Below, one piece after another: positions 8,987 through 15,945 of a stretch of DNA of 20,000 nt (positions are counted from its first letter, which is position 1; each line of letters begins with the position of its first letter). The DNA is from an uncultured virus (IMG/VR IMGVR_UViG_3300037560_000199) (Duplodnaviria; Heunggongvirae; Uroviricota; Caudoviricetes), in IMG/VR virus record IMGVR_UViG_3300037560_000199. One strand, given 5' to 3'. Position numbers and translations under genes: made by a program. The notes under the pieces are model-generated. The model was not told where the DNA came from and did not search any database. It saw only the letters and a list, made by a program, of their open reading frames with translations.

Positions 8987-11407
8987 ATGGCAGAAGACAC
9001 CGAATTTGTCGAAGAAGAAATTGAGGACTGGGGTGACCTCCCTGTTTCAGCTGAGAGGATAGTTCCTGGCACGTTGGAAGGGCGAAACCTACAGGTAAAC
9101 CCTTCGTGGGGGGATCGACCCATCAGGAATGTCAGTGATGTTGCTGCTGTTTCACGGGACATTTACTCACAAGAGATCCCAAGGGAAGAGCCGCTTCAAT
9201 CAGAGTTTCCCATGGAGCCGGGAACGTCACGAGCTGCACAAGAACTGCCTGAGCTTGCGAGCCTGAGAGCAGGGATAGTGGATTTTGTTCCTGACCCAGA
9301 GGGAATCGATTTCAAGGGTTTCCCACAAGCGATGGCTATGGTCACCATGACCGACCCAAACGAAATTGCCAAGATGATGCAGGACTCATTCCCTGAGACG
9401 GTGGGCATCCAGTGGGCACCTGACGGTACGATAATCATTCGTAACGTGAAGACGGGTGCAGCGGCGATTCTCAATCGTCCTGGCATCAGTGCGATGGATG
9501 TTTCACAACTGCTGGGTCTCAGCGCTGCGTATTTTCCCACGGGGAAAATTGCCACCATGGGTGCATCGTTGACAGCTCGACTTGCAGCAGGAATAGGTGC
9601 CGGAACGGGAACTGAATATGGTATCCAAAAGTTTCAGGAGATGGTTGGAGGTCAATTCGATCCTCTTGACGTAGCGCTCTCTGGTGCACTGGGTCCTATA
9701 GCTGAGCTTGGTCGCCCGCTCATTACGGCAGGGCAAACCACAGGCAGATTCATTGGGAGTTACCTGCCGAAGAATTGGTTCGGGGGTAAAGGTCTTGAAG
9801 GTGTGCTCCCCGAAGCGAAGAAGTTAGCACTCAATTTCTCAAAGGGAGCGAAGGACTATCTGGAGTCAGGACGTAAAGCCGTCATCATGACTCAGGATAT
9901 GCTGGCGGAAACGATGAAACCGTACAAGCAGATCTTCTACAAGATGGTCGAGCGTTTGCCGTTCACAGGTACAGGTGGTCTGCGTGCCACTCAAAGAAAC
10001 CAACGCATGGAAGTGCTGAGGAGACTGGCTTACAAGTATGACATCAACCCCAATACGAATTACGGCAAGCGCGTTATGGAGGAGATGAATGCAGTTGCTG
10101 GTGAGGCTATGGACGCAGCAGCAAAGGCACGCATTGCTGTACTGGATTCGATGAAGGACGAAGAGGTTGTACTGCGAGCATTCCCCAAGATGATTGGCAA
10201 GATCAAGAACGCTGAGCTGGAGTTCGGGGGGATGGGCAACGAGAGTCTCATCAAGATGCTCGACAACTTCAGGACCACAGTGTGGCAGGGGGGCGGGCGT
10301 GAGAATTACAGCCGACAGTTCGGAGTAGTCAACGATTTCTTGGAGCGTCTATATCAAGAGGCAACCAGCGCACCTCCAGCAGCAAAAGAATCCATCATGC
10401 AAGTAGCAGATGCGCTGAATGAAGATCTGCTGCGCACTGCCAGATCCAAAGGAGGAGATCTCGCAAAAGAATGGGCAAGAGCCTCCAGGGTTGTGAAGGA
10501 CATGATCACCAAAACAGAAAAGAAAACGCTCAGCGAGGTCATCGAAGCAGGTGAGATTGATCAACAAATCATACGCAAAGTTCTCAGAGACGCAGACCCT
10601 GACCAGCTGACTCTCATGTACAACAAGATGAGTCCAGAAGGAGTCAACGCGGCGCAGCAGATGATCATGCGCGATGTGCTCAAGGCAGGGGGTTGGAGAC
10701 CCGTTGCACGCCCAGGAGCAGAAACTACCACGAAAGGCCTGTTAGGCCGCGAAGCAGGTGAAGTAGCAGCTGAAGAAGCCCCTGGTGTCATGAAGCAGCT
10801 GAAACAGCGTGTCTTCGGTGATCCCGCCCCCGTGCCCGAAGAATTATTTATCGATGCCGATAAAGCTCTGAAGTACATAGAGACAGAAGCAGTAGGGAAA
10901 CAGTTCCGAAAGTTCTTCCCTGGCAAGAGGGCTCAGGACGAACTTGAAGGGATGCGTCAGTACCTCAGCTTGACTGCAGAAGCACAGAAGACAGGTAAGG
11001 GAACGGGCATGGCTGCAGCAATGGGAAGTGTGGGTTTTGCTGCACTCGACGTTATGACAATTGGTATCTTGGGTGCACTGGGACGCACCATTCAAAGTGC
11101 ACCGATGCGCAACCTGATGCTGCGACTGCACCATGTGAAAGGTGACCAGCGAGCGACGGATGCAATCATGGAGCTGATCCAACCTCTGGCAATGGGATTG
11201 GGGCGAGACGTGTTGCAGCAATGGACTGAGTCTGATCCATACGACCAAGTCTATATGGCAGAAGATCCTGATGAGGTTGATCAGGACGTAGATCGTACGC
11301 TCTCGGGGAAACCGACAATCGATGATCTGCGAGTCGCAGCTGAGCAATACGCTGGACCAGCTATGGAAGATGTGAGTGCCCGACTGCAGGGGATGTTGGA
11401 GGAATAA
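8987..11407 (+). CDS. Large DNA-transfer (P22 gp16-like) ejection protein (806 aa)
   Basis: DGTIII...ILNRPGISAMDVSQLLGLSAAYFPTG followed by G/A-rich hydrophobic helices resembles gp16-type injection proteins of P22-like phages (recalled similarity, not searched). GAGGA SD upstream. Confidence 0.5.
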   Translation: MAEDTEFVEEEIEDWGDLPVSAERIVPGTLEGRNLQVNPSWGDRPIRNVSDVAAVSRDIYSQEIPREEPLQSEFPMEPGTSRAAQELPELASLRAGIVDFVPDPEGIDFKGFPQAMAMVTMTDPNEIAKMMQDSFPETVGIQWAPDGTIIIRNVKTGAAAILNRPGISAMDVSQLLGLSAAYFPTGKIATMGASLTARLAAGIGAGTGTEYGIQKFQEMVGGQFDPLDVALSGALGPIAELGRPLITAGQTTGRFIGSYLPKNWFGGKGLEGVLPEAKKLALNFSKGAKDYLESGRKAVIMTQDMLAETMKPYKQIFYKMVERLPFTGTGGLRATQRNQRMEVLRRLAYKYDINPNTNYGKRVMEEMNAVAGEAMDAAAKARIAVLDSMKDEEVVLRAFPKMIGKIKNAELEFGGMGNESLIKMLDNFRTTVWQGGGRENYSRQFGVVNDFLERLYQEATSAPPAAKESIMQVADALNEDLLRTARSKGGDLAKEWARASRVVKDMITKTEKKTLSEVIEAGEIDQQIIRKVLRDADPDQLTLMYNKMSPEGVNAAQQMIMRDVLKAGGWRPVARPGAETTTKGLLGREAGEVAAEEAPGVMKQLKQRVFGDPAPVPEELFIDADKALKYIETEAVGKQFRKFFPGKRAQDELEGMRQYLSLTAEAQKTGKGTGMAAAMGSVGFAALDVMTIGILGALGRTIQSAPMRNLMLRLHHVKGDQRATDAIMELIQPLAMGLGRDVLQQWTESDPYDQVYMAEDPDEVDQDVDRTLSGKPTIDDLRVAAEQYAGPAMEDVSARLQGMLEE

Positions 11408-11985
11408 TGCCAGCGGTACGTGTACAGAAAAGGTTGGTGCGCAATCGTTCGGGGCGTTTGCTCGCAGAGGGTGAACGCTTGTTCCTGCCTGACCATCTCA
11501 ATCAGGTGCGTGCGATTGCCATGCGCGGGATTGGTGAAGAGCAGATGTCAGAGCTGTTCGACATCAAGCGCAGTCAGATCAACAAGTGGAAGAAGCAGTA
11601 CCCCCTGTTCAAGGAAGCACTCGAAGAGGGATTCACCGATGCTGACGCTGCCGTACTCAGTGCCGTGTACCAATCCGCTGTGGGATACACCCATGACGAG
11701 GAGAAGCTGTTCTTCTGGGATGGTGATGTTACCCGTGCTGATACCGTCAAGCACTACAAGCCCGACATGGTTGCAGCCAAGCTGTGGCTCACCAACAGAC
11801 AGAGAGAGCACTGGAAGGATCGCCAACACACTGCGGTATCTGGAGGTGACGGAGACAGCTCACCCCTTGGCTTGCGTGATGAGACGAAGCTCGAAGTGAT
11901 GAGCAGCATCCTTGCGCTTATAAATCCGAAGCCCGACAACGCTGTGACCATCGACGGTGAGACCGGCGAGATGATCGAGGAATAG
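11407..11985 (+). CDS. terS: Terminase small subunit-like HTH protein (192 aa)
   Basis: N-terminal HTH (GEEQMSELFDIKRSQINKWKKQYPLFKEALEEG), then AVGY and KHYKPDMVAAKLWLTNRQREHWKD, matching the KHxPPD..AxxFWLKNR..W.D pattern of TerS-like proteins. Confidence 0.7.
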   Translation: MPAVRVQKRLVRNRSGRLLAEGERLFLPDHLNQVRAIAMRGIGEEQMSELFDIKRSQINKWKKQYPLFKEALEEGFTDADAAVLSAVYQSAVGYTHDEEKLFFWDGDVTRADTVKHYKPDMVAAKLWLTNRQREHWKDRQHTAVSGGDGDSSPLGLRDETKLEVMSSILALINPKPDNAVTIDGETGEMIEE

Positions 11986-11987
11986 TC

Positions 11988-13235
11988 ATGCCATCGAAGA
12001 CCCCTGCACAAGCAAAGCTCATGCGAGCAGTCGCACACGGTTGGAAGCCTGATCGAATGAAGGGACCCTCGCGTAAGGTGGCGAAGGAGTTCGTTGCTGC
12101 TGACAAGAAAGCTAAGGGGTACGCAGTGGGTGGGAAGTACACTGGTTTCAAGGGAAAATTTCATAAACTGCAGAAGAATCTGCTACTGGCTGCTCGACGT
12201 GGGAATAAAAAGGCCCAAGCGGCTATTCGCAAACACGCTAGTAAGCAGGAGCGAGGGGAGACTGTAGGTGACTTTGGAAGGTGGGCACTTGAGCAACGAG
12301 GACAGTTCGATCCTAGACCCGGTGGCTTAGCTGAAGCTGCAGCACCACCAGCTCGAACGATTGATCCTGTCCCAGGACGTGAGTTCATCTCCGGTGATGC
12401 ACCTCCTCGACGTTTTGCCGCCGCACCTCCTCGACGCACTGCTGCGGACGTAGCTCCAGGCTTCGACCCCGGTCGAGTTCCGCCAGCCCTTGTTGCCTAT
12501 CTGCAATCGCTGCAGGGGAGTGAACCAGAACCTGTGAAGATGCAGTTCGGTGGGGCAATGAACTTTCTCCGCAAAGGTAGCGTACCACCAATGCAACAGG
12601 CTGCAGGTCGAGGACAGCCTCCGGGTGGGGGTGGTGGCTTGCAACAATTCCTACGTCGAGGTCAAGTGCCGGGTGGTGGAGGTGGAGGTGGTCAATTCAA
12701 AGGCATGGGTCGTGGCATGAATTCGCTGCTGCAGCAGATCCAACAGCGGAGAGGTGGCGCGGGTCAAGGACAGCCAAGACCTGTGGCGCAGACTCAAGGA
12801 CCTGAATCCTTTCGGAGGAAAATGCCAGGAGCACCGGGAGGAGGAGTGCCGTTGCGCGGTGTCGGTCGTCCACCTGGGATGGGCAGACCGGGTGCCGGTG
12901 GTGGCGCAAGTGACTACCAACGCATGCTGCAACAGCGTAAGCAGCAAGCGACTGCTGGTGGACCACAGCGAAGCATTCAACCTGTCGGTGGTGGTTACAA
13001 CACAGGGGTCGCAGGTGGTAGCCGGTTACTCCAACCGCAACAGCCTACCGGCGGCGCAGGAATGCCGGGAGGAGCGAACCGAATCGGGATGGGTGATCAG
13101 CAAGGTGCGCAGGCGAGAGCGATGCAGGTGCAGACCGGTCGTCCACCGATGTCTCGGAGGCAACCATTCCCCGGTGGAGGTGGACGAGGTCGCTTTGGTG
13201 GAAGGGGGAGGGGTCGAAGTCGATTCCGCAGGTAA
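11988..13235 (+). CDS. Low-complexity G/Q/P/R-rich protein with a short basic N-terminal domain (415 aa)
   Basis: ATG 2 nt after the upstream stop, with GAGG SD. N-terminal MPSKTPAQAKLMRAVAH...VAKEFVAADKK resembles small phage proteins. The remainder looks disordered and ends in an RG/RGG tail. Confidence 0.65.
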   Translation: MPSKTPAQAKLMRAVAHGWKPDRMKGPSRKVAKEFVAADKKAKGYAVGGKYTGFKGKFHKLQKNLLLAARRGNKKAQAAIRKHASKQERGETVGDFGRWALEQRGQFDPRPGGLAEAAAPPARTIDPVPGREFISGDAPPRRFAAAPPRRTAADVAPGFDPGRVPPALVAYLQSLQGSEPEPVKMQFGGAMNFLRKGSVPPMQQAAGRGQPPGGGGGLQQFLRRGQVPGGGGGGGQFKGMGRGMNSLLQQIQQRRGGAGQGQPRPVAQTQGPESFRRKMPGAPGGGVPLRGVGRPPGMGRPGAGGGASDYQRMLQQRKQQATAGGPQRSIQPVGGGYNTGVAGGSRLLQPQQPTGGAGMPGGANRIGMGDQQGAQARAMQVQTGRPPMSRRQPFPGGGGRGRFGGRGRGRSRFRR

Positions 13236-13308
13236 CACCACAGCGTAAGCAGTTGCCCGTCGAGCCCCACAAGTGGAAGAGGAATCCGTCCTCACACTGT
13301 AGGTTCAT
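13045..13308 (-). CDS. Putative small Zn-binding protein (C-x6-H-x-W-x5-C-x-R-C-G), overlapping the + strand gene
   Basis: ATG 12 nt after the HAD gene stop, preceded by GAGGGA. The first 24 aa MNLQCEDGFLFHLWGSTGNCLRCG resemble DUF1660-like phage Zn-finger peptides. Confidence 0.45.
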   Translation of the reverse strand: MNLQCEDGFLFHLWGSTGNCLRCGVTCGIDFDPSPFHQSDLVHLHRGMVASETSVDDRSAPASLSPAHLADHPSRFGSLLPAFLRRR

Positions 13309-13320
13309 GCTGTTGTCCCT

Positions 13321-13776
13321 CTAGGAAGGGAAGTCCCCTGGTCCCAGCACCTGGGTGTCAGGACACCAGTGCTTTACCTTATCACGAACCTCTTCGCGAT
13401 CATCGATCAGGATTGTAGGCTTGTCGTGCACTGCCCACTCTGCAACTAGATCAGGACCTTCGATGCCGGTCTCCCACTGATCACGTTGACGAAGGATCAC
13501 CTTGTCGAACAGTTCGTGACCAACGAGCCACTCCTTCTCGTGCTCGTACTTGTTCTTGAAGCGGGTGGAGTAGATCAGAATGTACTCACCCTGCTTAATC
13601 CATTCCTTCACCATGAGCAGAACTTGTGGTCGAGGAAGATCGTCAGGCAGTCCTTTGTAGTAGGTCTTCCATGCTTCACGATTACGCGGGTCCGCTGCCG
13701 TGGTGGCTAGAAGGATAGCCAAGCGATCAGTGTGATCACTCAGCGTACCTTCGAGGTCCACCATGATCAGGCTCAT
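13321..13776 (-). CDS. HAD-superfamily phosphatase (polynucleotide kinase 3'-phosphatase-domain-like)
   Basis: Motif I VDLEGTL, motif II IYSTR, motif IV LIDDR. ATGA overlap with the upstream gene. Confidence 0.75.
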   Translation of the reverse strand: MSLIMVDLEGTLSDHTDRLAILLATTAADPRNREAWKTYYKGLPDDLPRPQVLLMVKEWIKQGEYILIYSTRFKNKYEHEKEWLVGHELFDKVILRQRDQWETGIEGPDLVAEWAVHDKPTILIDDREEVRDKVKHWCPDTQVLGPGDFPS

Positions 13777-14006
13777 GCTTTGTGCTTCGCCTTCACCTTG
13801 CGTTTGGCTTTGGCTTTCTTCTTGGCGGGAGCTTTGCGCTTCGGAGGATTGGGATCGAAGTCGCGGAGCTGCTTGCGCACTTCGTTCATGAACTCAGTGA
13901 GAGCTTCTCGATCACGTTCGTTGGTGAGGCTGACTTTGAAGTTGCCACTGAGCTTGCGTCCTTCCAGTTCGAGGACGGCTTTGCGGTGTTGTTTCAGAAA
14001 TGCCAT
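13773..14006 (-). CDS. Small protein with Lys/Ala-rich (histone H1-like) C-terminal tail (77 aa)
   Basis: AAGGAG SD upstream of ATG. C-terminus PKRKAPAKKKAKAKRKVKAKHKA. Confidence 0.75.
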   Translation of the reverse strand: MAFLKQHRKAVLELEGRKLSGNFKVSLTNERDREALTEFMNEVRKQLRDFDPNPPKRKAPAKKKAKAKRKVKAKHKA

Positions 14007-14015
14007 GAGATCTCC

Positions 14016-14264
14016 TTACCTTCGCATCTTTTTGACGATTCGTTTGGCTCGCGTCTTACGAGCGGCAGCTTTCTCCTTCGCTTCTTCTTCTGCCCTGCCG
14101 TCCAACCATGCAGATCTGAACCGGCACTCGTCGGAGCAGAACCGGGCGACTGCAAGTCCTTGGAACTTGTCTCCGCACTCTGGGTTCTCACACACCTTCG
14201 TGTGACGTTTCCTCAACATTGACATCTGAGCACCTAAGCTCTCGGATGCTGCTTTCGCAGGCAT
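14016..14264 (-). CDS. Small Zn-finger protein (CxxxxC...FCSxxC) with basic tail (82 aa)
   Basis: CENPECG...RFCSDECR motif; GGAGA SD 6 nt before ATG. Confidence 0.75.
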   Translation of the reverse strand: MPAKAASESLGAQMSMLRKRHTKVCENPECGDKFQGLAVARFCSDECRFRSAWLDGRAEEEAKEKAAARKTRAKRIVKKMRR

Positions 14265-14294
14265 AGTACTTCTCCATTGATTTAACTAAGGAGG

Positions 14295-14323
14295 AGTCTA
14301 TATGGAAACGCTGCCGTGGACAA
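14295..14323 (-). promoter_or_regulatory. Sigma70-like promoter upstream of the Zn-finger gene
   Basis: On the - strand: TTGTCC (14323-14318), 17 bp spacer, TAGACT (14300-14295), in the largest non-coding gap of the - strand block. Confidence 0.5.
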
Positions 14324-14327
14324 GAAG

Positions 14328-14507
14328 CTATTTTGAGAGATCCCTCGCTTCCTGAGCCTTCTCTTTGACTGCGTCTGCGAACTGGTCCGCAGAATCGGGA
14401 TCGAATCGAAGCACGGGAGCGTCCTCTCGGTGAGGCCAGAAGATCAGTACCTCACCATTCTCAATCGCGAGAGCTGTGATGAGACCTTCTTCGTCAGGGT
14501 CACTCAT
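14328..14507 (-). CDS. Hypothetical protein, 59 aa (absent from the ORF track, probably below its size cut-off)
   Basis: Translated by hand: MSDPDEEGLITALAIENGEVLIFWPHREDAPVLRFDPDSADQFADAVKEKAQEARDLSK*. ATG 1 nt after the upstream TAA; fills the gap in the operon. Confidence 0.7.
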   Translation of the reverse strand: MSDPDEEGLITALAIENGEVLIFWPHREDAPVLRFDPDSADQFADAVKEKAQEARDLSK

Positions 14508-14508
14508 T

Positions 14509-14772
14509 TTATTTGCGCTCTGGGTTCAAATCTGCGAGAGCTTTATCGAGTAGCTCAGGCATCAGCTGAAGTCGGACGTCGAGCCCCTTGTCGTACTGAC
14601 TGCAGGCTTCGGTCCACGTCCAGCCGATAGCCTCAGCTCGAACTCCATCGATCAGTTTCTCCATTGGCTCCACGAGAGCGGTGCCGAGAGCTGAGATGTG
14701 AATGGGCGAGAGCCCTGCCTCTTTACCTACTTCGGTGACGATCTCAACCAGTCGTTCCTTGTCCCATCTCAT
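14509..14772 (-). CDS. Hypothetical protein (87 aa, MRWDKERLVE...)
   Basis: The real start is probably ATG 14772, which overlaps the upstream stop (ATGA) and has GGAGG upstream. The longer 14865 start overlaps the HTH gene. Confidence 0.7.
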   Translation of the reverse strand: MRWDKERLVEIVTEVGKEAGLSPIHISALGTALVEPMEKLIDGVRAEAIGWTWTEACSQYDKGLDVRLQLMPELLDKALADLNPERK

Positions 14773-15080
14773 GGTCCCACCTCCAGTTCCAGCATGACCT
14801 CGATGTCTCGTCGCAGCTCTCGATCCTGCAGCCTCCTGAGCCTCGCTACGATGCGTTCCTCCCACCTCTTACCCAAGGTCACCTCCTTACGAAAGATAGG
14901 GTTGAGCTTGTACAGGGGGATCGTGGTGAGCCGATAGATCGCGAAGCAGTGCTTGGCGGGGATGTGGCTCTCGTGTCGCCACTTCTCCAGCGAGGCTACG
15001 CTGACGTCGAGGTGCTCTGCCAGCTCCCCGCGACTGCCACAGATCTCAGCGGCTTGACTCAGGATCTCTGCCATGTCCAT
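14769..15080 (-). CDS. Cro/YdaS-like HTH transcriptional regulator
   Basis: GSRGELAEHLDVSVASLEKW...IPAKHCFAIYRLTTIPLYKLNP fits the Cro/YdaS HTH pattern. Confidence 0.7.
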   Translation of the reverse strand: MDMAEILSQAAEICGSRGELAEHLDVSVASLEKWRHESHIPAKHCFAIYRLTTIPLYKLNPIFRKEVTLGKRWEERIVARLRRLQDRELRRDIEVMLELEVGP

Positions 15081-15095
15081 ACCAAACGTAGGGTA

Positions 15096-15515
15096 TCAGA
15101 ATCTGTCTGACACCGGACCTTTGGGCAGTTCATCCTCGACAGCCGGGAAGAGGTAGGTGAAGTTGGAGTCACCTTCGGTCGCCACACGGATCGCCATAGC
15201 AGCCACCTGAACAGCCTCTCGCAGGACTTGCTGAGTGGTGGTGCCCAGACCAAGGTCGTGCTCCATCAGAGCCTTACAAAGCTCACCGTACTCCTCACCA
15301 AGGGCAGCGAGCCTGTGGACGTCGGTGGGAAACGCTTCACGAGCTGCGACTAGCTCATCCCTGACCATCCTGATCACTAGTCCATCGACGCTCGTCAGAC
15401 GACCATGAGCAATGGCATCAGGGTTCACACAGACGCACAAGTCGAGAGACCTGCCACACTCGCTGCAGCAGAGCATGTTGTGGGGGTCGAGGTAGGTGCA
15501 GCTTCTATTGGGCAT
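15096..15515 (-). CDS. MazG-like nucleotide pyrophosphohydrolase with Cys-rich N-terminus
   Basis: LGEEYGELCKAL...LREAVQVAAMAIR is an EExxE...ExxQ MazG-like helical signature. N-terminal CCSECG..LCVC. Confidence 0.65.
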   Translation of the reverse strand: MPNRSCTYLDPHNMLCCSECGRSLDLCVCVNPDAIAHGRLTSVDGLVIRMVRDELVAAREAFPTDVHRLAALGEEYGELCKALMEHDLGLGTTTQQVLREAVQVAAMAIRVATEGDSNFTYLFPAVEDELPKGPVSDRF

Positions 15516-15945
15516 CGAGTTTCTCTCCTCTCAGAATTTTGTTCAGCAGCTCAGCAGCTTTCTCGGGATGGTTACGATCCAAAACTACCACGGAAATTTT
15601 GTGCAGGTTTTCACGAGTTGCACCATTGAACTCATCGGCTTCGCTCCCGTGGATAACGAAGATGTCAGGCACTGCTTCAGCGATGATCCAGACGTTGCCC
15701 CAGTACTTCAGGTTGTTCTTGATCCACCTGCGTTGGGAGTCACGCAGTCCCTTCTTCTCATCGGTGAACGGCACCTTGAGGTTGCGCCCCTGGTACTTCA
15801 GCTCGATGGTGCCAGTGACGTACTGACTGATCTGGTAGTGCACATCGGGGAAGCCCGGTGAGGTGTTGGCTGACTCAATCCTCGAAAAGTGACCGTTGGG
15901 TAGGACGATGTCCCTTAGCCACCACCACAGGTTGCTCTCGTTCAT
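15505..15945 (-). CDS. VRR-NUC / Holliday-junction-resolvase-like PD-(D/E)XK nuclease
   Basis: MNESNLW...RIES...PGFPD...IELK...LRDSQRRWI motifs; adjacent to a SNF2-like helicase, a common phage pairing. Confidence 0.75.
   Translation of the reverse strand: MNESNLWWWLRDIVLPNGHFSRIESANTSPGFPDVHYQISQYVTGTIELKYQGRNLKVPFTDEKKGLRDSQRRWIKNNLKYWGNVWIIAEAVPDIFVIHGSEADEFNGATRENLHKISVVVLDRNHPEKAAELLNKILRGEKLDAQ

Noticed and set aside
12399..12436. 14-bp direct repeat GCACCTCCTCGACG, two copies 24 bp apart
   Set aside because: Only two in-frame copies encoding APPRR in a low-complexity protein; not a CRISPR array or att site.
13266..13293. Small hairpins (CCAC-AA-GTGG, GAGGA-ATCCG-TCCTC) as a bidirectional terminator
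   Set aside because: Stems are only 4-5 bp and there is no U-tract on either strand.
14773..14865. N-terminal extension of the 118-aa ORF 14509..14865
   Set aside because: It overlaps the HTH gene out of frame. ATG 14772 has an SD and ATGA coupling, so it is the better start.
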